A DNA stretch of 64,000 nt from Bdellovibrionales bacterium (GTDB taxonomy: Bacteria; Bdellovibrionota; Bdellovibrionia; Bdellovibrionales; UBA1609): assembly GCA_041690295.1 (NCBI GenBank), contig JAWLHR010000002.1:32001-96000 (forward strand). Direction: 5' to 3'. Under the pieces are notes generated by a model that was not told where the DNA came from, searched no databases, and worked only from the letters and a program-made list of their open reading frames with translations. A program made the position numbers and the translations under genes. Of this stretch, positions 36,373 through 45,635 are shown piece after piece (position 1 is the first letter of the stretch; every line of letters starts with the position of its first letter).

Positions 36373-38682
36373 ATGCGCCTTCTCGCATGGATAGCGGCCG
36401 CGCTCTTTTCGCTCATGGTTCTGGCGGGTGGACTTCTCTATTGGGGAATTCAAAATCCCGCGAAGGTTTGGAACATCGTTAAACACCGCGTGTTGCCGGA
36501 AAACACCGAAACCAAGTGGGAATCGGCGGACTTCGTGTTGCGCCGTATTTCGTGGACTGAGTGGCGGGTCGAGTGGTCCATGGTCGGGTTTGAAGTTTCG
36601 CGAACTGAACCGCAAATCGCGATTAAAGTGAATTTACAAACCGCCGGTCGGCTTTTTCTCTTTCGCCCGCGGACCTCATTGCACCTTGAAACTTTCGAAT
36701 TGAGCGGAAACGGCCAGGTGAACGTGGCCGGACCGGATGGTGAGGCGGCCAAACAAAGTCTTTTTCAAGTGGCGGAACACTGGCGCCAACGTTTGGTGGC
36801 GCTCACCCATCGTGTGCGAATGGATAAGGCCAAAATCGATTTGACCGATTGGCAAATCAAAACGCCGGATGTGATCACCGCCACATTAAGTTTGCAAAAG
36901 CCGAGCGCGACGGACCCAACTGGAATGGACTGGAATTTGACTTTCAAACTGCCGAGTGGGGAAGCGGTATTCAAGGCCAGATCCCGTTTTGACCTTATTG
37001 GGCAAACGGAACCCATCATGTGGTTCGAAGGCGAGATGAAAGACACGAAATGGCTGAATCAAATGTCCGGAACCATCTCAGCGCCCGCGGATCATTTCAC
37101 TGCGCAAGTGAAAGGAAGCGGACGCTATGAGCGTTCCACCGTCCGATATGAGGCGGATATCAAGTTGAACAAGGCGGAATTTCGCGCCGAGATCAAAGGC
37201 GACGCGAATCAGCTCTCATCCGTTATCCCCTTTGTTCGGGATGTGAATGGTTCGATTCATGTTCCGCTCGTCGATGGAAGTTTGTTCGAGCGAACTCAAG
37301 GCACTGTAAAATTGAACGGTAAAGCCTCGCTCGCCGGATTGGATGCGAAAACCAAAAAGGACCTCGAAAGGCATTGCGAGTGCCAACTGCCCGACGTGAT
37401 CGGGTTTAACCTCAACGGATCGATTTTTGTGAATAATCTGGTGAATGTCCCGTCCACTGAGAAAGCGGTGGCGGATTTTAAAATCCAGTTTGATCCTCTG
37501 GATAATCCGTTGCTGACGTTGAAGTTGAACGGGAATTATCAGGCCATTCATGCGACGAGCGGAGCCTACAAGCATCTGTATTCAATCGACGGTGACTTGC
37601 GGGTTAAAAGCTTTCAGAAAATCACACCGATTCTTGAATCCCGTAAGATCATGGTGCCGGCACCCTTTGATCGGCTTGATGGAACCGTTTCGGCCAGTGT
37701 GAAAGCCAGCATCGATCAAAATTCGCGAGGTTTTGTGGTTCCCATGGATATCGGGGTGGATCTGAAGTCGCAGGATCAAAAGGTCAATGTACAAATCAAA
37801 TCCACCATGACCGTGTCGCCGGATTTCAAAACCATGGACCTTCTGGCGACATTAGTGGTGAACGATTTCATCATCGATCTGCCGCCTTTTGATCCCATTC
37901 AAGGGTTGCCGAAGCTGACCAAAGACGAGCGGATCGTCACCAAGCCGGATGAAGGCCAGCAGGCAGGCACCAAACTGAGAATCGTTTATGGCATCAAGAC
38001 CACCCGGCCGGGCGCGATTCGCTTGCGCTCGCCTCTCGCGCGTCCACATATTCCCATGACCATGGATGTGAGTCGCAATTGGACCGGCGATACAGGCGGG
38101 ACCATCAGTTTGGAACCCTTTGTGCTGGAGTACTTCCATCGAACTGTTCATGTGGATCAGCTGCGGGTGGTTTTGGATGACCGGCAGAATGCCGATTACG
38201 TGGTTGATGGCCGACTTCACATGGAACAGGCGCAATACAAAATCACCATGGTGGTCAGCGGAACTCTTCGTCAACCAATGATCAAATTGGCCAGCGAGCC
38301 GGATCTGTCGCGCGCGGATATTATTTCGGTTCTGCTTTACGGGCGAACAACGGATAAGCTGTCTCCGGCGGATCGGGAGACCGTTGGCAATTTCGACGCC
38401 GCGGTCGCCGATCGCGCCATCGGCTTGATCGGTCTTTGGGTTTTCGCCAGCACGCCCATTCAGAGTTTTTCCTATAATCCGACGACCAAGGTTTACACCG
38501 CCACCGTGCAATTGGCGTCGGGGACCACCGCTTCCGTCGGCACCGACTGGGAAGAAGCCGCCCATCTGGAAGTTCGCAAGCGGGTGACCAAGAGCTGGGT
38601 CTTAACCGCCACGTGGAATCCCGCGACCGAAGTTAAGCCGGATAGTGGCAAGGTCATCCTGCAATGGGAAAAGCGCTTTTAA
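36373..38682 (+). CDS. TamB-like protein (C-terminal DUF490-type domain)
   Basis: N-terminal TM anchor, beta-rich body, V.GT...P.I.L.S.P.LS..DI.S.LLYG motif, C-terminal WEKRF; directly follows the TamA-like gene. Confidence 0.75.
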   Translation: MRLLAWIAAALFSLMVLAGGLLYWGIQNPAKVWNIVKHRVLPENTETKWESADFVLRRISWTEWRVEWSMVGFEVSRTEPQIAIKVNLQTAGRLFLFRPRTSLHLETFELSGNGQVNVAGPDGEAAKQSLFQVAEHWRQRLVALTHRVRMDKAKIDLTDWQIKTPDVITATLSLQKPSATDPTGMDWNLTFKLPSGEAVFKARSRFDLIGQTEPIMWFEGEMKDTKWLNQMSGTISAPADHFTAQVKGSGRYERSTVRYEADIKLNKAEFRAEIKGDANQLSSVIPFVRDVNGSIHVPLVDGSLFERTQGTVKLNGKASLAGLDAKTKKDLERHCECQLPDVIGFNLNGSIFVNNLVNVPSTEKAVADFKIQFDPLDNPLLTLKLNGNYQAIHATSGAYKHLYSIDGDLRVKSFQKITPILESRKIMVPAPFDRLDGTVSASVKASIDQNSRGFVVPMDIGVDLKSQDQKVNVQIKSTMTVSPDFKTMDLLATLVVNDFIIDLPPFDPIQGLPKLTKDERIVTKPDEGQQAGTKLRIVYGIKTTRPGAIRLRSPLARPHIPMTMDVSRNWTGDTGGTISLEPFVLEYFHRTVHVDQLRVVLDDRQNADYVVDGRLHMEQAQYKITMVVSGTLRQPMIKLASEPDLSRADIISVLLYGRTTDKLSPADRETVGNFDAAVADRAIGLIGLWVFASTPIQSFSYNPTTKVYTATVQLASGTTASVGTDWEEAAHLEVRKRVTKSWVLTATWNPATEVKPDSGKVILQWEKRF

Positions 38683-38714
38683 CCGCGTGAACCTTCACGT
38701 AAACTTTATGTGAA

Positions 38715-39440
38715 ATGCGTTGGACACTCGTAATTCTGTTTTTGGTGGCGGGCCTTGGCGCTTTCGTCATCCAGCGGAATCCCAGATGGGTTAAGGTTGA
38801 AAATTTCGTCATTGAACTGGCGGAAGATTCTCAGGAAGAGGTTTTGTTTCAACGGATATCGACTTCCTTACGCGCGCAGCTCGCCGCTTATCAGGGAGAA
38901 TATTTTTGGGATTTGCCGCTTAAAAAATTACATGAGCTGGTCAGTCGCGACAAACGGGTGAAGAGTGTTGAGATTTTCCGCGAATTTCCCTCGCAGGTGC
39001 GAATTAAAATCGAGCCGCACACGCCGGTGCTGGCGTACCTCGCGCGCGACGGCCGAATTTATCCGGTGGCGACCGACGGCGCCCTTTTGCCGGCCGTGGC
39101 CGTGGCGGATGCGCCGGATTTGCCGGTTCTTCGCGGTGACGCTTTCAAAGATGAACTGGGACTTCGCGAACTCGCGATCGAATTACTGTCTTTGGTTCCG
39201 ACGGAAGGCAGTTTCACCAAAAAAGATGTTTCGGAAATCGTTTATTCACCCAAGGAAGGTTTCAAGGTTTTCATCAGCGGGGCGCGATCGGAGTTGAAAT
39301 TCGGTGACTCGGACTTTGGTCCAAAGATTTCGCGCGTACAGAAAGTCTTGTCCTATCTGGAGAGTCAGAGCATTAAAGGTCGCGTCATCGACGCGCGCTT
39401 CTCTAAGAAAGTTGTTGTCAGAGTGCGTAACAGTCCCTAG
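38715..39440 (+). CDS. ftsQ: Cell division protein FtsQ/DivIB
   Basis: TM helix, POTRA (V..VEI.REFP..V.I), DLPVL, IDARF; located before ftsA. Confidence 0.88.
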   Translation: MRWTLVILFLVAGLGAFVIQRNPRWVKVENFVIELAEDSQEEVLFQRISTSLRAQLAAYQGEYFWDLPLKKLHELVSRDKRVKSVEIFREFPSQVRIKIEPHTPVLAYLARDGRIYPVATDGALLPAVAVADAPDLPVLRGDAFKDELGLRELAIELLSLVPTEGSFTKKDVSEIVYSPKEGFKVFISGARSELKFGDSDFGPKISRVQKVLSYLESQSIKGRVIDARFSKKVVVRVRNSP

Positions 39441-39486
39441 CCTAAAATCAGGGAGACCAAGGAAGTGCTCCTTGAGGGTTATGCGG

Positions 39487-40713
39487 ATGGCAAAGGACGC
39501 CAAACAAACGCGAATGATCGCAAGTCTGGATATCGGCACGACCAAAGTGTGCTGTGCGATCGGCCGATTCGATAATGGACAATTAGACATCATCGGCGTG
39601 GGCAACGCTCCCAACGTGGGAATGCGACATGGAGTCGTCGTCAATATAGATTCCGTCACCGACGCCATCAAAAAAGCCAAAGACGAAGCTGAACTCATGG
39701 CGGGTGTGCGGGTCGAGGGCGTGTGGCTCCCGGTAGGTGGTCAGCACATTCAAAGTTTTTCGTCGAGCGGAATGGTCGCGATCCGCAACAAAGAGGTTCA
39801 GCAGGAAGACGTGGACCGCGTGATCGAAGCGGCGAAGGCCGTGGCCATCCCGCAAGATCGTCAAGTGCTTCATGTGTTGCCTCAGGATTTTAAGATCGAC
39901 GGGCAACTCGGCATATTCGATCCGATTGGCATGGCGGGCGTAAGGCTCGAAGCCAGCGTATTCATCGTGACCGGCTCCACTTCGGTGATTCAAAACGCCA
40001 TCAAGTGTGCCCAAAGAGCCGGTTTGAAAGTTGAAGGGCTGGTGTTGCAGCCTTTGGCGTCCGCGCTGGCGGTGTTGAGCGCTGACGAGAAGAATCTCGG
40101 CACATGTGTGGTCGATATCGGCGGCGGAACCTGTGACATGATCACATTCCACCACGGCAGCGTCATTCACACCGGATTGCTTCCGGTGGGCGGAAACAAT
40201 TTCACCCATGACGTGGCGATCGGTTTGAAGACCACGCAAAGCTATGCGGACACTTTGAAGCGCAAATACGGTTGCGCCCTTCCGGAAATGGTGAATGAGG
40301 ACGAAGCCATCGAAGTGGAAAGCGTGGGCGGACGTAAACCACGAACATTGATGCGGCGGGATCTTTGCGAAATTCTGGAAGCCCGGGCGGAAGAAACGCT
40401 TGAGCTCATTCATGCCGCGCTGGTGGAAACAGGTCTGCTGGGAAAACTCGGATCAGGTGTGGTGCTCACCGGCGGTGGATCGTTGCTCCACGGTTTGGTG
40501 GAGATGGGTGATTTCGTATTGGATGTACCGGTTCGGCGTGGCTGGCCCGAAAAAGTGGGCGGCCTGGTGGATGTGGTTCGGCAGCCGTCGTGTTCGACCG
40601 TTGTCGGCGCCATGGTCTATGGGCTTTCCACGCAAGATAAGGACGCCAAGGGACATCTGGATCAGAAGGCCAGCGACTGGACTCAACGAATGAAGAATCT
40701 TTTGGGGATTTAA
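39487..40713 (+). CDS. ftsA: Cell division protein FtsA
   Basis: LDIGTTKV, VDIGGGT, VGGNNFT.D, VLTGGGS; start moved to ATG 39487 (GAGG upstream). Confidence 0.97.
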   Translation: MAKDAKQTRMIASLDIGTTKVCCAIGRFDNGQLDIIGVGNAPNVGMRHGVVVNIDSVTDAIKKAKDEAELMAGVRVEGVWLPVGGQHIQSFSSSGMVAIRNKEVQQEDVDRVIEAAKAVAIPQDRQVLHVLPQDFKIDGQLGIFDPIGMAGVRLEASVFIVTGSTSVIQNAIKCAQRAGLKVEGLVLQPLASALAVLSADEKNLGTCVVDIGGGTCDMITFHHGSVIHTGLLPVGGNNFTHDVAIGLKTTQSYADTLKRKYGCALPEMVNEDEAIEVESVGGRKPRTLMRRDLCEILEARAEETLELIHAALVETGLLGKLGSGVVLTGGGSLLHGLVEMGDFVLDVPVRRGWPEKVGGLVDVVRQPSCSTVVGAMVYGLSTQDKDAKGHLDQKASDWTQRMKNLLGI

Positions 40714-40722
40714 GGGGGAGAT

Positions 40723-42105
40723 ATGTTCGAACTCGAAGAGAACGCCAATTACGGAGCCAATATCAAGGTGATCGGAATCGGCGGTGGTGGTGGAAATGCC
40801 GTTCAAACCATGATCGAAGGCGGTTTAACCGGCGTTCAATTCGTGGTGGCCAACACGGACAAGCAGGCGCTTGCGGCCAACAAAGCGGAAGGCAAGATTC
40901 AACTCGGCCGTGATTTAACCAAAGGCTTGGGTGCCGGCGCCAATCCGGAGATCGGTCGGCGTGCCGCCATCGAATCCTACAACGACATTGTGGCGGCTCT
41001 CGAAGGTTCGGACATGGTTTTCGTCACGGCCGGTATGGGCGGTGGTACGGGAACCGGTGGCGCTCCCGTCGTGGCGAAGATCGCCAAAGAATTGGGCGCG
41101 CTCACGATCGGTGTGGTGACCAAGCCCTTCATCTTCGAAGGTAAAAAGCGTAAAAAGCAAGCCGACGAAGGGATCAAAGAACTTCAGGAGAACGTCGATA
41201 CTTTGATCTGCATTCCGAACCAAAAACTTCTCACCGTGGCCAGCGAACGCACTCCGCTTCTTGAGACGTTCCGCCGCGCCGACCAGGTTCTTCTCCATGC
41301 GGTGAAGGGAATTTCGGATTTGATCAACATCCGCGGTTTGATCAACTTGGACTTCGCCGACATCCGCACGGTCATGGCCGCCAAAGGTATGGCCATTATG
41401 GGTTCGGGTCTGGCGAACGGCGAGAACCGCGCGATCGAAGCCGCGACCGCCGCGATTTCTTCGCCGCTGCTTGAGAACATCTGCATCGACGGCGCGACCG
41501 GCATCATTATCAATGTGACCGGCGGCCCCGATCTTACGCTTTGGGAAGTCAACGAGGCGTCCACTCTCATCACCGAAGCCGCTCACCCGGATGCCGAAAT
41601 CATTTTCGGCGCGGTCATCGACGAGAAAATGGCCGACAACGTCAGCGTTACGGTTATCGCCACTGGTTTTGGTACCACGGTTTCCAAGTCCGCCCACATG
41701 GCGGACACGCATAGACTCACTCAGGAGCTGAACGCTCAGTCGTTTGAAACCATCAGCCTGAGTGTGGAATCACCGGCGATGGACGGTGCGCCGGCCGACA
41801 CACCGGCGGAAAGCGCGCCGGCCGAGGCGCCCAAGCCCCAGTTCGCGTTGAAAAACGAACCCAAGGATAAAGGGTTGCTGCCTCGCGATGTTTTACTGGC
41901 TAAAGCTAGGGCCTATCGCGAAAGCCAAGCCCAGCGCGAAGCCTCTCAACCCGAACAGCTCACCATGAACATGGACGACGCTATGCCGCCGCGTCTTTCG
42001 CCGGAACCCGCGCGCTCACCGTTTGAAGCGGACGCGCTAGAGGTTCCTTCCTACTTGCGTCGCAAGCGTGGTTTAGGTGCTGATCAAACCGAAGGAATAG
42101 AGTAA
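40723..42105 (+). CDS. ftsZ: Cell division protein FtsZ
   Basis: [17 protein letters not shown] signature, INLDFAD, C-terminal LEVPSYLRR. Confidence 0.99.
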   Translation: MFELEENANYGANIKVIGIGGGGGNAVQTMIEGGLTGVQFVVANTDKQALAANKAEGKIQLGRDLTKGLGAGANPEIGRRAAIESYNDIVAALEGSDMVFVTAGMGGGTGTGGAPVVAKIAKELGALTIGVVTKPFIFEGKKRKKQADEGIKELQENVDTLICIPNQKLLTVASERTPLLETFRRADQVLLHAVKGISDLINIRGLINLDFADIRTVMAAKGMAIMGSGLANGENRAIEAATAAISSPLLENICIDGATGIIINVTGGPDLTLWEVNEASTLITEAAHPDAEIIFGAVIDEKMADNVSVTVIATGFGTTVSKSAHMADTHRLTQELNAQSFETISLSVESPAMDGAPADTPAESAPAEAPKPQFALKNEPKDKGLLPRDVLLAKARAYRESQAQREASQPEQLTMNMDDAMPPRLSPEPARSPFEADALEVPSYLRRKRGLGADQTEGIE

Positions 42106-42117
42106 GACTAGGGCTCT

Positions 42118-42873
42118 GTGAGTCGAGCCCTTTTCATTTCTGATCTTCATATCCGGTCCCACAAGGATCCGAAATGCGAACTTTTCGCGCGCTTCCTGGA
42201 GCGATGCGCGCGTTTGCGTCCGGAACATTTATTCCTTGTGGGTGACATTTTCGATCTTTGGGTCGCCGACCGGGATTACTTCGTCAGCGCCTATGACGAG
42301 ATTATTTCCCGAATCCGCGCCTTGATTGATTCCGGCGTGGATATTTACTACTTCGAAGGCAATCACGATTTGGATCTTCGCCCGTTCTGGCAGGAGCGTT
42401 TGCGTCTCAAAGTTTTTGAAGGGCCGGCCTACTTTGATTTACTGGGGCGGACCGTGCGGGTGGAGCACGGTGATCAAATGGATCCCGATGACAAAGGTTA
42501 TTTGTTTCTGCGTTGGCTGTTGCGAACTCCGGCGCTCCGTGGCTTGGGCCGCAATCTGCCCAACGCCGCCGTTCGCTGGATCGGCGAACGCGCCAGCCGC
42601 TTGAGTCGCGATTACACCTCGCAGGTGAAGGTCATTTCCGAATCGGAGGTGCGGGCGAAGTTCCTCCGCCACATCGATTCCGCTTTCGCTGAGAAGTCCT
42701 TCGACGTCTTGGTCTGCGGCCATGTCCATGTGGCCGACGATCTCACCTTGGACCGCGAAGGCCGCACCGTCCGCGCCTTCAACCTCGGCACCTGGCTCAA
42801 GGAACCACTGGTCCTGGACCTGACCCCAACCTCGGAAGCCCTTGTCCCCGTCGCTCAGTTTTTGACCGATTGA
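42118..42873 (+). CDS. lpxH: UDP-2,3-diacylglucosamine diphosphatase (LpxH family metallophosphoesterase)
   Basis: ISDLH, GDIFDLW, GNHD, HGD, GHVH, NLGTW. Confidence 0.85.
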   Translation: MSRALFISDLHIRSHKDPKCELFARFLERCARLRPEHLFLVGDIFDLWVADRDYFVSAYDEIISRIRALIDSGVDIYYFEGNHDLDLRPFWQERLRLKVFEGPAYFDLLGRTVRVEHGDQMDPDDKGYLFLRWLLRTPALRGLGRNLPNAAVRWIGERASRLSRDYTSQVKVISESEVRAKFLRHIDSAFAEKSFDVLVCGHVHVADDLTLDREGRTVRAFNLGTWLKEPLVLDLTPTSEALVPVAQFLTD

Positions 42874-43178
42874 ATTCGCGGGCCTCGCGTTCGGGTTTGT
42901 GGGACGAACTTTGGTTTTTTTGCGACTCAGTCTTTCGCGTTTCTGCTAGTGTGATCGCCCTTTCTTCACAGTCACATTGGGCGTAGCTTTGGGTTCGCGG
43001 GCGTCAGGTTCAGTCGAGAGGCTCCTTGATTTTCCTTTGTGGTTTCGGTCGCGCCCATGTGAGAGGTTGAACGGCAGATTCCTTTCTGACGATTATAAAT
43101 CAAGGCTACACCCGCTCATGGGATTCCGAGGAAAAGCGTTTCTAAAATTGTGCTCTGTCACGACCTGTCCGTCCGCTT

Positions 43179-43368
43179 GGGAGCGATGGGTGAGTGCATG
43201 AATGATTCACATCGATCAGACGAATTCTTTTTGTGAGACAGCTGAACTGAAAACCTCTTCGTCTTTATTGAGATGAGCCCCTTTGAAAACGGGAGCGATG
43301 GGTGAGTGCATGAATGATTCACATTGATCAGACGAAGTATTTTTGTGAGACACCTGAACTGAAAACCT
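43179..43368 (+). repeat. Two near-identical 78-bp direct repeats (43179-43256, 43291-43368)
   Basis: GGGAGCGATGGGTGAGTGCATGAATGATTCACAT(C/T)GATCAGACGAA...TGAACTGAAAACCT occurs twice with period 112 and few mismatches. Confidence 0.95.
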
Positions 43369-43414
43369 TTTGGCTATTGCAATGAGTTCCTCCGAACGGT
43401 GCGCACTTGAGAGC

Positions 43415-43503
43415 GGGAGCGATGGATGGCGTTTTCGTATGAGAATCGGTTGTGAGGGCGACGGATGGCGTTTTTATATGAGCATCTGTTGGGGAGCGAC
43501 GGA
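43415..43503 (+). repeat. Degenerate ~39-bp tandem repeat, each unit beginning G(G/A)G(A/G)GCGA(T/C)GGA
   Basis: Units start at 43415 and 43454, with a partial unit at 43492: ...GCGA(T/C)GGATGGCGTTTT..TATGAG.ATC.GTTG. Confidence 0.8.
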
Positions 43504-43779
43504 GTTTCTTGTTGGTGAAAACTCATCTGCGCGAAAGAGATGGGGCGCAGATAGGGTGTGCCGTCGTTCAATGTTTAAGAGCTTTATTCGTATATTTTTC
43601 GCATTTTGTTCGACATTGTAATTCGCCAAATCTTCTCATTCCAAAATCTGAGTGCGACATGAAAAGTCGCAAGGGAAATCCTCACGAAAAAATTCTTCGC
43701 GCGGCTTTCGACGAATTGTGACAAACAAAAAAAGTTGACACTTGTCGATTGACTGGGGAGCGATGGGTGGATAAAAAGC

Positions 43780-44334
43780 ATGGCCATGGCGAGACGGCGA
43801 GCAAAGCAACTAGAATTCATTGGGCGCGGGTTACAAAGACCGCGAAATGAGTTTGGCGGAAGTCTTCTTAAAGGAAATCCAAAAACCAAGCGGCCGCTCG
43901 ATTCGAAGCTTCCGATTCATGTTGTTTTGAGGGCGAGCCGAAGTGGGATGCGCTTGCCGAAAACAGTTGGGATCGTGAGCGAAATTCTTAAAGAAGCCAG
44001 CCGCAAATATGGTGTGACCGTTTACCGGTTCGCGAATGTCGGGAATCATCTTCACCTACTGATCAAAGTCAGTCGAATTCAAATGTGGGCTCCCTATATT
44101 CGGGAGTTATGCGGGCGCATCGCGCAGCAGGTTCGCGCGGTCATCGGGCTCGCGGCCGAAGAGCGTTTTTGGCTCTTTCGCCCATTCACGCGAATCGTAC
44201 GGGGGTGGCAGAAGGCGTTCAAGAGCGTGTGCGACTATGTTTATCTGAATCGATTAGAAGCGGAAGGCTTCATTTCACGAAAAGAAACGCGGACTCTAAA
44301 GGACTTGCGCGCCATCTGGTCTGATGGTGGATAA
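43780..44334 (+). mobile_element. RAYT-like / IS200-family Y1 HUH transposase, copy 1
   Basis: PIHVVLR, HUH motif GNHLHLLI, FW..RPF.RIV, catalytic-Tyr helix DYVYLN. Confidence 0.8.
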
Positions 44335-44583
44335 TGGCGAAACGAGTTCGCACTGAACGGGTAATTTCGATCATCGACCCGTTTCGTTCAAGGCGTGATT
44401 CGGTCTTAGACAAGTGTTTCAGATGAGTAAAAAGCGCGCGCTACCACGCCAATCTTAGATTTCGACCCAATCGCCGAACAAGAAAAAAACGGAGTGCCCA
44501 AAACTCGCCTAACCGAAATTAGGCCCGGCCACCGCGCCCGACCGGCGGCACACACCCACCACGCCAGAACGACCGGCGCCGCG

Positions 44584-45579
44584 CTATCGCGTCGTCGACG
44601 AGTTAGACGTCGCGCCCGCGCCAGAACCAGAATTCAGTCCGGCGGCGGCGACTTGGAGTAAACAGTCCTTGTCCTGGCAGCAAGAACTCATGCGGGTGAA
44701 GGGCAGACCGCCGCGGATGGTGTCGATCAGGTCGCCAGGTTCGGATGAACAGTAGTTGTCGTTCTGGTAAATGATCCGGCCTCTGTTGACTTTTCGATTG
44801 CAAAGCGGGCTTCCCGCGGACGCATTGACCGCCACGATGCGGCCTTCGCGATCGGTTTTCACGTCGTAGACAATGGAGCTGACCTTAACAGTCTTTAGAT
44901 CTCCCTTTTCGCCACATTTGAAATCGTCGATGATGCCCGCTTTCTTGGCGAGTTTGATGATGGAAGCGTCTGAATAAAAGGAACAGAAGGCGGCCGGTTG
45001 TCCTTGAGCCTTGCACTGTTCGCGGGAAAAATCGGGCACCACAGTGGTCATCACGGCACCGACGATGCCGACATAAGCGGCGACGGCGACCACGACCGGC
45101 GCAACGGCCGGCAGCGCGCGGGCTTCAGGCAAAAGGATCGAGAGCGGTCCTCTCGACAGCAGAAATTTTTTAATTATTAACCTCTCGATCTGCTCCACAT
45201 TTTTGGTGGCGCTGTTCTTTTCAAAATAAATATTTTCGCCACCCAACTTGATCAGGGTGCGGGGCTTGGTACTGACGGTCAGCTCAACCGGCTTAAGGCC
45301 GTTCACATGAATCGTGACTTTGTTCTTTTGAGTCACGAACTCAGGCATTTTCGCGTCCACGGCTTTACGTTGACGTGCGATATTGAGCAGTTCCTCACGG
45401 TAAGCCGGCAAAAGCCCTTCCGCCTCCGTGATGAAGTTTCCAATCGTGGTGGCGGCCTTGGCATGCAGAGCGGCCAATTGCACCACTTCCGTGTCCGAAA
45501 TCATGGGTGATCGTGCCTGAGCTTGGAACGCGGTCACGATCAAACAAAGAGTGATTGAGAAAATTCTCTTGGCGGTCAC
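44584..45579 (-). CDS. Secreted hypothetical protein with internal hydrophobic segment and Cys-rich C-terminus
   Basis: Probable GTG 45579 after GGAGG; signal peptide ending AQA; internal LLPEARA followed by a hydrophobic stretch; 8 Cys in the C-terminal half. Confidence 0.7.
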   Translation of the reverse strand: MTAKRIFSITLCLIVTAFQAQARSPMISDTEVVQLAALHAKAATTIGNFITEAEGLLPAYREELLNIARQRKAVDAKMPEFVTQKNKVTIHVNGLKPVELTVSTKPRTLIKLGGENIYFEKNSATKNVEQIERLIIKKFLLSRGPLSILLPEARALPAVAPVVVAVAAYVGIVGAVMTTVVPDFSREQCKAQGQPAAFCSFYSDASIIKLAKKAGIIDDFKCGEKGDLKTVKVSSIVYDVKTDREGRIVAVNASAGSPLCNRKVNRGRIIYQNDNYCSSEPGDLIDTIRGGLPFTRMSSCCQDKDCLLQVAAAGLNSGSGAGATSNSSTTR

Positions 45580-45635
45580 GGCCCCTCCCTGTTTTTTCAT
45601 TCTAAAGTCATTCCGGATTTTTGCAACCGTCCGCC

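Noticed and set aside
43179..43503. CRISPR array
   Set aside because: Unit lengths are irregular (112, 124, 39, 38), the long repeat is 78 bp with only two copies, and there are no cas genes in the window.
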